Shown: positions 28,861 to 47,680 of the stretch, in pieces
Layout of the letters: each line of letters opens with the position of its first letter
How positions within the stretch are numbered: the stretch's first letter is position 1
Source of the DNA: the human T2T-CHM13v2.0 reference genome, Homo sapiens
Length of the DNA: 64,000 nucleotides
Direction: 5' to 3' (one strand)
Assembly (NCBI RefSeq): GCF_009914755.1
Contig: NC_060934.1
The notes under the pieces: generated by a model
What the model saw: only the letters and a program-made list of their open reading frames with translations
Told to the model about the DNA's origin: nothing
Database searches by the model: none
Translations under genes and position numbers: made by a program

Positions 28861-29740
28861 TATAGCAATTACCACTCTCATATTGGAGGTGAGGAAACTG
28901 AAGTTCAGAGAGATGTAATGACCTACCATATTATGCAGCTATCATACTGGCAAGGTTGGAGTGTGGCTGTAGCATCAAGAAGGGCTTTCAGTGTAAAATT
29001 CCTCCAGTATAACCACAGGAGTCAACTGCTGAGGAAACGCCCTCTCCCTGAGCTCCATGCAGGACAGGCAGTTGGAGCTGAGGGTGCCCTGACTGAGGGG
29101 CTGGGAGAAGGAACTCAGTGTGCTTTCCCCCAGGCCGAAGAGTCAGGGTGCAGAGACCCTGTGCCAGGCCTTCAGAGGGCCTGCTGAGCTCTGCTGAGGT
29201 CCAGGGAGCCTCCTCCCCCACTGGAAAGTAGAGACTGTGATCTTAATCCTTCCCATCACAGAGGCACAGTGCTGGCTGCTCCAGGCCACAGGAGAAGCTT
29301 TCCTGACAGATGTGTCGGATTGACCAAAAGACCAAAAGGGGCTTTGCGGAGATTATGCTGTCTGCTCGATACTTGGCCCCTAAGCCTCAAGAAATGGAAG
29401 CTCAGAGGGCATCCTTGGTGGCTTCTAGAAAGGGTCAGAGCTTTAAGCAGGGGCCCAGCAATGGTCAGCTTCCCTGGCCAGCCCCAGGCTGCCTCCAAAA
29501 GGCCTGGCGGAAGGCATTTGCCAAGGTGTCAGCAGAGGTGAGGGAGGGAGAGGACAAGGTGACAGAAGGCGAGAGTCAGTGAGGCAGAGGCCAAGGAACA
29601 GGAGGGGCCTGACCCCCTCAGGACCAGCCACCCCCACAGAAACTGACCCAGGGGAGAGAGACCCTTGTCTGGGCTTGTTTTCGGGCTGCTGGGGCCAGGC
29701 ATCGGGGTCTATTAAGGATTTGGAAGGTCACTGAAGAGCG

Positions 29741-29743
<3 letters not shown>

Positions 29744-29775
<32 letters not shown>
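29744..29775. repeat. (GT)n microsatellite
   Basis: Seen directly in sequence. Confidence 0.95.
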
Positions 29776-29776
<1 letters not shown>

Positions 29777-29892
29777 TGGGGCTGGGGTGGAGGCAGTGCC
29801 ACCATCAGATGTGTGTGGGGAATGGAGTGAAGGGAGTCTGCCTGAGTCCACCGCTTTCACACTGGAACCACTGGGTCCACAGCACAGGCTAG

Positions 29893-30219
<327 letters not shown>

Positions 30220-30629
30220 TCCTGATCTTTTTATTCTCAACTCTCGCTGACTAGGAGATGAGAAAGGAAGCCTGAGCTGTCACAAGGAGAGGACCCAGAC
30301 ATGCAAGAGGCAAAGGAACAGGAACATGACAGCTCTGGAGTCTCTACAGGGAGACTCACAGGAATAGACCATCCCCTGATCACAGGAACACAGGGTCCTT
30401 CTTGCCCTTTTCTGGGGCAAAAGAGTGAGTGGCCACAGCCTCTGTCTTGGAGACCCCTATCAGAAAGGGATTGCTTTAGGTGGTGTTTTTTCACTCTGCT
30501 ACCTTCCTCCCCACCCCACCCCATTTCCCTTCATGACCTTGTGACTCCATTAGGTCTCCTTTCTTCTTGATTCAAGAAAAAGCCAGGCGGGGAGGGCTGG
30601 GGACCAGGGAGGGAGTCAAGGGGGGCAGA

Positions 30630-30980
30630 GAGGCTGAGCCAATTGCGGCGTCTGCAAGGTGCAAAGCAATCAGCGGAGCCGCTGGTGAGCGGGGTCACTC
30701 AGTAGTGTGCACATCAGGGTGAAATCCTTTCAGCTCTTCGCCAAACCCCTAGTGAAAGACAATCAGGCTCGCTGTCACCGAGCTAATTCTGTCTATATAA
30801 AAGCAGTAATGAAATTCACGGCAGGATTACCCTCTCCATCCAATGGGCCAGCGTCGTGGTGACATATCTCTCTTATTGCCCGAATGTAACACACCATCTA
30901 ATTTACGTCGTGTAGCGAGCAGGAATGAAATGTTCATAAAGAATTGCTGCATCTCGTCACCTTAACTGCGGCCCGGGGCT
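30630..30980. promoter_or_regulatory. Candidate conserved non-coding enhancer/promoter
   Basis: Repeat-free, CpG-retaining block; TATATAAAAG at 30794-30803, CTAATT twice, CAATCAG twice. Confidence 0.5.
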
Positions 30981-31559
30981 CTGAGGCATCTGTCAGGGAG
31001 AGGAGCAGGAGGAGGGAGGGCAGGCGGGGCTCAGGGAGTAGCAGCCGGGGGCAGGGGTTTCTGTGGGGTTGTTGTTTCTTAATAGGGTGAAGTGGAGGCA
31101 GAGGGAGGTAGGGGCTGGGCGGGGGTCAGGAGGAGAGAGGGTAAGGGAGGGGCACAGAGGGCTTTGGGGAGGTGAGGATGAATAACTGTGGGTTGAAGTA
31201 GTCTGGAGGGAATGTTTGGAAGTCTGTGGGTTTGGGTGAGTTTGGGAGGATGAATGTGAGTGCCTAAGTGGCCAGGGGTTGGTTGGGGAAATGACCCTCT
31301 GGGTGCATCCCAGTTACTGCAGGGCCCCTGACAGTCTCTTCCATCCTCTGGAAGTAGAAACCCAGCCACCTCTGAAGACTATCAGAACAAAACTCTCCAG
31401 TGAACAAGAAAGAAGCCCATTTATAAAAGTGAACAAGGAGCAGACAGACACAAGGAGCAAGTTTCATAAACCTAGGAGTTCTCCATGGCTACTCCCCCAC
31501 CCTCAGCAATTGCATGACCCAACCGGCCATCTGCAAGCCCTTTCAACGCCACTTGAAAA

Positions 31560-32281
31560 TGTTCTTCTCTTCCATTCTTTCCTCTCCACCCATCAGCACC
31601 CTGCCCCCATCCCAGTCCAAAGTCATTGCCATCTGTTGCCTAGATACCTAAGTACCCTCCTGACTGATCTCTCCATGAGCCCTCTTGCCCCCTCTGGCCC
31701 CTCTTTCTCCCTCTACTCAGCCAGGTAGTGATCATGTCATCACTACCATCTCTCAGCTTAAAACCCTGCAATGGTGCCCCCTTGCTCTTAGGGGATACCA
31801 TTGCAGGGTGTCCCCTAAGACCCTACCTCTTCAGCTTCTTTGTCCCATGCTCCCAGTCACAACAGTGCTCCAGCCATATTGGCCTTTTCCCATAGTCCGA
31901 ATAAGGTGCTGTGTTCTAAGAAGCCATGGGGGCTGTGCACACGCCTTTCCTTCTTGGAAGACTCCCCTTGGCAGTGGCAGCATCACCAGACCCTGTCCAG
32001 CATGGTCTTAACTCCTACTCCCACTTCAGATGCCAGCTGAAGCCTTGCACCTCAGGGGAAGCCTTCTATGACTACTCACTCATGTAGCTCTCTCCTCTTT
32101 TATACACTTTCTTGGCATCATTTACTTCTTTTTGTGACTGTTTCATTATAGCCTGGATTCTCCCACTGGACTCTGCACTCCATGAGGGCAGGGACCATGC
32201 CTGTTTTACTCACCATTATATCCCCAGCCCCTGGCACAGTACCTGGGGACATTGTAGGTGCTAAATAAATACTTGTTGATG
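31560..32281 (+). mobile_element. L2 LINE 3' portion
   Basis: L2 3' end CTCCATGAGGGCAGGGACCATG...GGCACAGTACCTGG...TAGGTGCTAAATAAATACTTGTTG. Confidence 0.8.
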
Positions 32282-32590
<309 letters not shown>

Positions 32591-34638
32591 ACTTGTTGAT
32601 GCCATGTGGAAGCAGCTGATGGAAAAAAAAAATGTGTTGAATGAAGAAATTAGGGGCATGCACAACCATTACAAGGCGAGAACCTACCTTCCTTCCTTCC
32701 TTCCTCCCTCCCTCCCTCCCTCCCTCCCTCCCTTCCTTCCTTCCCTCCTTTCTTCCTTCCTTTCTTTGTTCTTTCTTTCCACAAACATCTACTGAATGCT
32801 TTCTGAGTGCCAGGCACTGTCAGAGGCACAGTAGCTGCAGTGCTAAACAAGTGAAGATACAGTCCCTGCCCATGAGGAGCTCATGAGGGGAGGGAGACAG
32901 ACAGCCATGGGGCTAAACCTGTCCTGTGCTACCTTACTCCAGAGAAGAGCCACATCCTTGCCCACTGGCACAGTCACCTACAAAATGTGGCTGATTCTCT
33001 GGGACCATAGAGAATTCTCCTTGAACTTCCCCAATACATAGCTTAGCTACTTGTGGGGTAAAAATACCAACAGATGGAAGAAACTTTGTTGAAGAGCGAT
33101 AACTAGATTTCTCCTCCTAGTGAAGCATTTAGTGAGTATCTACTATGTGCTGAGCACCTCATCTCATGTCATTCTCACAACTGTGATATCTAGGTATATT
33201 ATTTTTGTTTTGGCGATGAGGAAACTGAAACTGAGTTTAAATAGCTTGCCCCCCAAAAGGTCACACAACTGGCATACAGTGGATACTTGTTAAATATCTA
33301 CTGAGTGAATGAATGAATGAGAAGCTAATAAGCAGAAAGGCCAGGACTCAAACCTAGACTTTCTGGCTCCAAAGCCCTTATCTCTTTCTACTCTTTATTC
33401 CAAGCAATTAGTTTTGAACTCTCAGAGTCAGTATTAGAAAAATAATCTGATGTTGGGCTCTGGATCTGTGCTTTCTCTCATCTGGGATCCACAGCCTTCC
33501 CACAGCTGCACATGGCACCCCAGACACCAGGCCTGGCCAGAGCAGGAAGTTTAGGTCTAGAGAAGACCAGAACTTAAGCCCTCTGGAAGATGTCCATAAG
33601 ATGAACCCTCCCCCATCCTGTCCAGTCTTCCTTCAATGCCCCAAACTTGGGTTAACTTATCAAAAGGACTGAGCAAGACACTTGTCTGGGAGATGGACCA
33701 TCACTCCTGCATGGGTAGAATCAACCCATGTCCCTTGTGCCCAAGCTATGTGACCATTTCTCATTAACTCAGAGATGTTTACTCACCAGATGATACATAG
33801 TTGTGTGTGCATGTTGTGTGTAGACATGTGTTCATGTATGTATACATATGTGTTAGTAAATCCATCCTTTCATTAGTTCTCCTATAGTTCAATGGTATCT
33901 ACTATCTGTGTATGCAGACCCCATGTCTGCACCCTGAGGTTCCCTCCCCACAGACATCCATGGACAGGTGTTCCTGGACCTGCCTTTTCTCTTTGCTTCT
34001 ATCCTCCACTCCTAGAAACTGTATGTGACCTTCCAGCTAATGCTCACGGGCCACAGAGTGGGATACAGTGCTATTTGCTTCCTCTTATTTTGAGGAAAGT
34101 TCTACTCCCTGGCAGTAGTTAACTTTTTCTTTATCAAAATGCTAATGCATAGATGTATCAACAAAGAAATAATATATGCCTGGCACACAGTAACCTCTCA
34201 ATTCACGTTAGCTATTAACATTATTATAGCTCATTTGTCCTCCCTGACCAGAGGGCGTCCCTCCTTCTATCATAGCCCTGCTAGGTCTGGAAGTACAATT
34301 ACCCATAGCTACACCTGCCAGGGAGCTATGTGAGGCTTGGTGCGCTTGTAAAGGTCTCCTCTGGTTAGATGGCTCCCAGCCATTGTCATCCATATCTCTC
34401 AGTAGGATGAAAATCTCACACATCCCTGTCAGGCAGGACTCACTCATATTTTTTAAAGTCTCTATAAAATAAGTCTCAGGGGTTTCTGTAGACATTGTAT
34501 CCAAAACCTTAAATTTCTAAGACACAGATTGTTTCCTAAACCCATCCTTCTGCAGCTGACATTTTTTCTAGGTGAGACCTGAGACCAGACACACTGGCCA
34601 ATGTCTACCAGAGAACTATAGTTTCAGTCATGGCACTT

Positions 34639-36916
34639 TGATATGGTTTGGCTGTGTCCTCATTCAAATCTCAACTTGAATTATATCTCCCAGAATTCCC
34701 ACGTGTTGTGGGAGGGACCCAGGGGGAGGTAACTGCATCACGGGGGCTGGTCTTTCCCATGCTATTCTCATGATAGTGAATAAGTCTCACGAGATCTGAT
34801 GGGTTTATCAGGTATTTCTGCTTTTGCTTCCTCCTCATTTTCTCTTGCCACCACCATGGAAGAAGTGCTTTTTGCCTCTCACAATGATTCTGAGGCCTCC
34901 CCCAGCCATGTGGAACTATAAGTCCAATTAAACCTCTTTTTCTTCCCAGTCTCAGGTATGTCTTTATCAGCAGCGTGAAAACGGACTAATATAGTATATT
35001 GGTACCAGTAGAATGGGTCATTGCTGAAAAGATACCCAAAAATGTGGAAGCAACTTTGGAACTGGGTATCAGACAGAGGTTGGAAGAGTCTGGAGGGCTC
35101 AGAAGAAGACAGGAAAATGTGGGAAAATTTGGAACCTCCTAGAGACTAGTTGAATGGGTTTGACAAAAATGCTGATAGTGATATGAATAATAAGGTCCAG
35201 TCTGAGGTGATCTCAGGTGGAGATGAGGAACTTGTTGGGAACTGGAGCAAAGGTACTCTTGTTATGTTTTATCAAACAGACTAGCGGCATTTTGCCCCTG
35301 CCCTGGAGATTTCTAGAACTTTGAACTTGAGAAAGATGATTTAGGGTAGCTGGCAAAAGAAATTTCTAAGCAGCAAAGCATTCAAAAGGTGACTCAGGTG
35401 CTGTTAAAAGCATTCCATTTTAAAAGGGAAATGGAGCATAAAAGTTCAGAAAATTTGCAGCATGATGATGCAGTAGAAAAGAAAAACCCATTTTCTGGGG
35501 AAAAATTCAAGTCAGCTGCAGACATTTGCATAAGTAGCAAGGAGCCTAATGTTAATCCTCATGAGAAAAATGTCTCCAGGCAATGTCAGAGACCTTCATG
35601 GCAGCCCCTCCCATCACAGGCTAGGAGGCCCAGGAGGAAAAAGTGGTTTCGTGGGCTGGGCCCAGGGTCCCCATGCTGTGTGCAGACTAGGGATTTGGTG
35701 CCCTGTGTCCCATCTGCTCCAGCCATGGCTCAAAGGGGCCAATGTACAGCTCAGGCTATGGCTTCAGAGGGTGGAAACCCCAAGCCTTGGCAACTTCCAT
35801 GTGGTGTTCAGCCTGTGGGTGCACAGAAGTCAAGAATTGAGGTTCGAGAACCTCTGCCTAGATTTCAGAAGATTTATGGAAATGCCTGGATGTCCAGGCA
35901 AAAGTTTGCTGCAGGGGCAGGGCCCTCATGAAGAACCTCTGCTAAGGCAGTGCAGAAGGGAAATGTGGGGTTAGAGCCCCCACACAGAATCCCTACTGGG
36001 GCACTGCCTAATGGAGCTCTGAGGAGAGGGCCATCATCCTCCAGACCCCAGAATGGTAGATACACCAACAGCTTGCACTGTGCTCCCAGAAAAGACACAG
36101 ACACTCAATGCCAGCCCGTGAAAGTAGCCAGAAGGGAGGCTGTACCCTGCAAAGCCACAGAGGCGGAGCTGCCCAAGACCTTGGGAACCCACCTCTTACA
36201 TCAGCATGACCTGGATGTGAGACCTGAAGTCAAAGGAGATCGTTTTGGAGCTTTAAAATTTGACTGCCCCACTGATTTTGGACTTGCATGGGCCCTGTAA
36301 CTCCTCTGTTTTGGCCAATTTATCCCACTTGGAATGGCTGTATTTACCTAATACCCGCACCCCCATTGCATCTAGGAAGTAACTAGCTTGCTTTTGATTT
36401 TACAGGCTCATAGGCAGAAGGGACTTGCCTTGTCTCAGGCGAGACTTTGGACTATGGACTTTTGGGTTAATACTGAAATGAGTTAAGACTTTGGGGGACT
36501 GTTGGGAAGGCATGATTGATTTTGAAATGTGAGGACATGAAATTTGGAGGGGCTGGGGCAGAATGATATGGTTTGTCTGTGTCCCCATTCAAATCTCAAC
36601 TTGAATTTTATCTCCCAGGATTCCCATGTGCTGTGGGAGGGACCCATGGGGAGGTAATTGAATCATGGGGGCCAGTCTTTCCCATGCTATTCTCATGATA
36701 GTGAATAAGTCTCATGAGATCTGATGGGCTTATCAGGGGTTTCCACTTTTGCTTCCTCCTCATTTTCTTGCTGCCACCATGTAAGAAGTGCCTTTCATCT
36801 CCTGCCATAGATTCTGAGGCCTCCCAAGCCATGTGGAACTGTAAGTCCAATTAAACCTCTTTTTCTTCCCAGTCTCAGGTATGTCTTTATTAGCAGCGTG
36901 AAAATGGACTAATACA
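34639..36916 (+). mobile_element. Full-length THE1A-like MaLR provirus: 5' LTR 34639-34993, internal region 34994-36563, 3' LTR 36564-36916
   Basis: Two ~355-bp direct LTRs TGATATGGTTTG...CTAATA(T/C)A; typical THE1-int start (TTGGTACCAG...AATGTGGAAGCAACTTTGGAACTGGG); 5-bp TSD CACTT at 34634-34638 and 36917-36921. Confidence 0.95.
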
Positions 36917-38189
36917 CACTTGATAATCCTAATTCCTTTCCTTTGGCCCAAGTGGCCTATCCTCCTAGCTAATGATAGGTTCTTTGGCTCTGCCAGGAGC
37001 TGACATTCCAAACCAAACCTGCTTCTTCAAGTGAAGCAAGATATCATTCAAGTTGGACAGATACAGAGCATTCAGTAAGCAGGTACAGGGGAGAGGGGAA
37101 AGAAGAGAGATAACACAACCAATCATTGCAAAAAAATCAGGATTCTCCAGACAGTATCTGTCCTGAAATTGGCATAAGACATTTTTTTTTTTTTGCAGGA
37201 TCTGCATAAACCCAGGGGTCTGTGCCTAGAAGTGTATTAAGATTAAGTTTTATTTGATTGTCTTTGGATAAGCAAGAGGGTTAAGGAAGATTATATGGAA
37301 TGAATAAACTAGAAGAGGTTGGTGATGGATTAGAAATTGGAATCCAACCCTGTTGATGTGTTTATTTGATTTTCACATTTTCCTACCCCCTTTATTCCCA
37401 CTCCCCTTTCCCCATGCCCAGACTGACATAAATGATACCTTGATGGCTATTTCAGTTGCAACCCTATATATCTAGGGAAGCCTGAGCTCCCCAGCTGCCA
37501 CCCAACTCTGATCCCCTAATCCCAAAGAGACCAGCTGGTCAGAGTTCTCAGGGATGGCAGACCCCAGTGCAGATTGGGCCTCTGCTACCAACAGTCTCTG
37601 GTCATGGTCAGATGGCTGAACTTCTCTGTGTATTGGCCTTAGTATCAGCCTCCTGCTCCCCCTCCACACACACCACCCCAGATAATAGCAAGAAGCATTC
37701 TAAACTTCGTGGAATACTATTCTAGAAATTCACCTTTATATTTCTCACTATCATTACCAGATCAGAATATAGTCCTCAAGAGGATTAACATGATCTTGGG
37801 TGGGCCAGTCAGCTTTACTGCTGGCCTGGACAGCTGTTTAGTCATCGGTCACCAGGAGAAAGTGAGGATGGATCAGTGCAGCTCAGCCCTGCCACTCAGT
37901 GCATGACCCATTATGATAACAGCAAAGATAATTTTCTAGGATCCTGGGCTGTCTGCAGATTTTGGGAGTACCTACAGATACCGCATGGTTTAAAACTCCA
38001 TTGGTGAAAAGCAACAACCAGCATTCACCCTGGTTGGAGTTCAGTATGATGGTGAGGGGATGTCTAGTATATAGATAAAACTGAAAGGCCCCTCAAAATG
38101 GAGACTAATAGATGATTTGAAGAAATAGGCATAAATTTGTTAAGTGTGGGTCAAATCCCTTGCTCTCCAGGCCCTCCTAAAGCCAGAAG

Positions 38190-39210
38190 CTTAATTTAGT
38201 GGTCATTGCCTGCTCGGTGCCACTAAATTTTCTGGTAATCTGCAGGGATATGTAATTATGCTGTAGTTAGTGATTGTTCACTAAGTAAACCCTTGGTGTA
38301 GTTACCATGTAAGTCAACAGTATTTACAGGATATTTTTTCTGCCTGTAACTCAAAGCCTTACCGAAACAAATTGGAATTGCCTTCTGGAGGCCGTTGTTA
38401 TAAATTACAGACCCAACATCTGTCCACATCTGCAATGTCTAGACAGCCTGTCTCAGCTACAAGAGAGAAGAGAGACAAATGAGGGAAAGCGAGGGAGATA
38501 TGAAGAGTGGCAGAGAAGTCTCAGATTCATACAATTTTTCTCTTCAGAGGTTTACCCAAAGGCTTGCTGTGCTGGCTTCTAAAATTGACCCGAATTATCA
38601 GCAGCCCAATGGCAAGCTCTGGAGGGTTTGGGGCCTGGTCATCACCCCTGGATGTGATGGCAATGCAGCGTCTTCTCTTGGGCCGTATCTCTGCCCCAAC
38701 AGATTCTCAGAGGTCACAGTGGGGCCTGGAAGATGGAGTTATAAATACAGAAACTGACTATGGCCAGATCGGGAGAATCGGCTGTATCTCCAAACATTCC
38801 CCCTTCTCTCTCTCTCCTGCTCCCTGACTCTCACCACCACCTGGCTCAGCTTTTCAGAGTGGGGCGAAGCATTCATTTGCCTACCTTTCCTGTGGTCCCT
38901 CTCGTGTACCCACGATAAGGAGCCTGCTCGTCAGCTGAGTGATTGTATTTTTTTACAGTTCCTAGCACAAACCTTCTCATTTATATGTAAAGCAGTCATT
39001 AGTCATAGCTCCGTTCCCACACACTGCCTGATGTACAATCACATTTTGCAGCGGATGAATCTTTCCACACAGCTGCTCTGCTATGAATAATCCGTCTCTA
39101 GGCCCATAAATCAGAAAAAAATCATGCACCTCGTTCGCCTGATCCTTACACAAAGTCATATATTTTACATGAGGACGAGCTAAATATTCATGAGTCTTAA
39201 AGGCTTTTTT
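38190..39210. promoter_or_regulatory. Candidate conserved non-coding enhancer cluster
   Basis: Repeat-free, CpG retained in AT-rich context; PBX-HOX composite TGATTTATGG (minus strand) at 39104-39113; forkhead-like GTAAAC/GTCAACA; TAATTA. Confidence 0.5.
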
Positions 39211-39314
39211 CATAGGCACTTGTTGGGGTTGTTTTCTACTGTTGGGGGGATACCAAGGTTGTATTTAGGAGAACCAGGGATTTTAAAGAGGAAAAAGAGG
39301 CAAGAGAGAGAGAA

Positions 39315-39335
39315 TCTCTCTCTCTCTTTCTCTCT

Positions 39336-39367
<32 letters not shown>
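39315..39367. repeat. Compound (CT)n(GT)n microsatellite
   Basis: Seen directly in sequence. Confidence 0.95.
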
Positions 39368-41393
39368 TGTGGGGGGAAGAAAGAGAAGAAAGAGAGGGAG
39401 AGACAGATTGATTGAGATTGCAAGCTTATCTCTTAGTCATGTGGGACAAAGGATGCTATTGTGAGTTCTTAAAAATATGATAAATACTTGTTGTGTACCT
39501 GAGCTTTGATCCTGCCCAGAGCCATGAATATTGCCTCTCTGACCTTCAAGGTCATTTGATGAACCTTTGCCTTCTGACCTGTGGAACAATGAATTTGGTC
39601 CTTCTCTGTGTAGGAAGGTGGCTGGGAGAGCCCCACCTGGATTTGATAAAAGCAGGACTTGGGGTGAGGGAGGGGGGAAGGTGGGAAAATCAGCAGTTGC
39701 AAAGGAAACTGCTCTGATGCTAGCAAAGCTTCCTACCTACACACAACTTAAGGCCTCCAGCAGCTACCTGGTATTCTGTGTCTGACCCATTCTTCTTTCA
39801 GAAAGCATTTAATGTGGCATTGCTCATCCTCCGTTTTATCTCCCTCCCTGGTCTGTCTCCTTCCACTCACCCTCTTAGCCTCCCTCATCATCTCACTTTC
39901 TTGTCTTTAGGCTTTTTCTCAGATGGACCCATGCTCTGCCAGGGCAAGCTCCTCAGACTCTCTCCCTCTCCCAAAATGCAAAATCTGACCTCTCCCAGAA
40001 GCCTCCTTCTACTAAATAGAGAAGGGAGACTTACTTGCTTTGCTGTGCAAGCCTCACACTCTTGTCTTCCCTAGCTAACCCACTCATCATACCAGCCCCT
40101 CTGCTGGCAGGTGCTTTTTCATTTTATTCTGGCATTCACTCAGCATTTGTGTGCTCAGTGGCGCTGTCTGTCTGACTCATTAATGCCATGGTCTGCAGTG
40201 GTGATGATGATGTGTCCTCACTTCTCTCCGAAGGGTAGAAAATTCTGCTTCTTGGATTTCACTGACAACACAGGGAACACATTTTTAGGGAGAGATTTCT
40301 CAGATTTAGCTCTAGATCTGGAAACACACATATGCCCTCAGACCCTTTAGCCTTCAGTGGATAATGAAAATACGCTGGGTTTGAGTAGGCTGTCCTTGGA
40401 TGAAGAACTGTATCAAAAGTGTAATGGCACTCAGGGGGTTACTTCTCTATTTAAAGTCACTTCTCTATTTAACGGATGGGCAAACTGAGGTATAATCTTA
40501 GGAAACTCCTTTCTAAACTTCAAATCAGGAGGTCATGACAGGCAGCTGCAATTACTTCTGAGTTGACTTTTGTGATGTTGACTCTGGGCATCAAGCTTTT
40601 ACACCACCCTCCAGGGCCAAAGGCCAGGGATCGAAGCCTTGCCCCATTTCTCTCAGTTCTCGGGCTGACCTGTTCTTCTGCTGCCCCTTGCCCCTCCTGC
40701 CCTCAACCCACTTTTGCTAATGTGCAGAAAAAATTAAGTCAAAGAACCGCCAGAGAGGAGGAAAATGTCCAAAGAATCACAGATGGCAGCCTTGCAAATT
40801 TAATTTAAAATCATTCTTTATTATCCAAAATATTAAAATTAGAGCTATAATGCCCAAAGGAAAACACAGATGAAAACCCCCAATGTTTCACGGCCTCTTC
40901 CTCAGGGGGTCCCAAAAACACTGAGTGGGAATGCTTTTGAAAAGAAAGCAGGAGTGCAGGAGCAAAGAGCCAGCTGTAGATCATTGAGCCAAACACTCAG
41001 TGACTGACCCAATCAGCTTCCCTTAAAGCCAAACACCAACTGTTTCATATGCAATTAATGATTGCCCTGGCAAATTAAAGTGCATCAAGTCATCACAGGC
41101 ATGGTTGAATGAGAAGACACACAGCAGTCACAGGTATCTCATCCCTGGCATCTACATAATGATATTACCAGGCTAGACTCAGAGATTTAATTCTGCAAAA
41201 CACCATGCACTAAATATTTATATTCATAAAAGGGCTAAAAAAATGCCCACATGCTACCTCTAGGCTCCCCATTCATCTAGAATAGGCTGCTGGTTTATTT
41301 GCTGGGGTCTATGGTTGGGAGTAAAGGGTACAAGTCAAGTGTCAGGAGGATCCCAGTGTTCCTGGCCCCAACTTCACCTTTCAAAAGGGTCTC

Positions 41394-42808
<1,415 letters not shown>

Positions 42809-43617
42809 TCCAAATTCCAAATTCTAAGTCACAAATATAGTTGTGATTTTGGATGCCACCGTGCCTGATCTGAAGAATAGGGTCTCTCCAAACAATCATA
42901 AATAAACCGGTGCTGATGGAAAGAAAATGTTTTCTTTGGCCTTTTGGATTTGTCTTGGTTTCCTCTACTAAAACCTAATTCTGAGCTTATATGGCCCCTA
43001 CTCAAATATTCTCATCTCAGCATTCAGCACACTGCTGGGCCTCAGCACCCCTACCATATAAAGGCACAGAACCTAACCTGGCTTGGCCTAGCCCCTATCC
43101 TCATCAGGTTGCCAGGATCATTTCTGTGTCCATCCTGGAGACTGCTTTCCTCTCCCCACTGGCATCCCAAACCCAATTATTTTCATTCAGCCCCCTCTGC
43201 CCTTTCTGTCTCCCTGGTAGAAAATGCAGATGATGGAGGCTGCCTGTTCTCTGTGCACACCATGACTTGGAGCCTTCAGCAACTTTTCCAGGGCTCTGCA
43301 TATTATAATCAAGATGAGATCAGCTAATAAAAAATTACATTGGTTACAATCCAAAAAGATTAACCAGCCTTAAGGGTTTCATGGCTACGCATTACACTTC
43401 TCAATTTTCCTACAATTAAGCTAACAACAAATAATATTGACAAATAACTGCTAGATGTGCTAGTTGAAGCCTGGCCATGGAAGGGAGGGTGGTTCTGTGA
43501 GTCTGGCCATTCCCTGCTCGTAAGTTCTAGCAAACACTGGGCTGCTGGTACTTGAGCTGCTCCGGTGGAGAAGTGATGAGGAATGGTTGCTGTGCTTGCT
43601 CCTAAATAAAGAATTTT

Positions 43618-47680
<4,063 letters not shown>

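Noticed and set aside
34245-34258. CTCF-like TGACCAGAGGGCGT (and CCACTAGGGGCGC on the minus strand near 6037-6049)
   Set aside because: Mismatches at key core positions; cannot be called without a PWM scan or ChIP data.
35389-36300. ORFs of 180, 141 and 116 aa
   Set aside because: Remnants of the THE1 internal region, fragmented across frames; not host genes.
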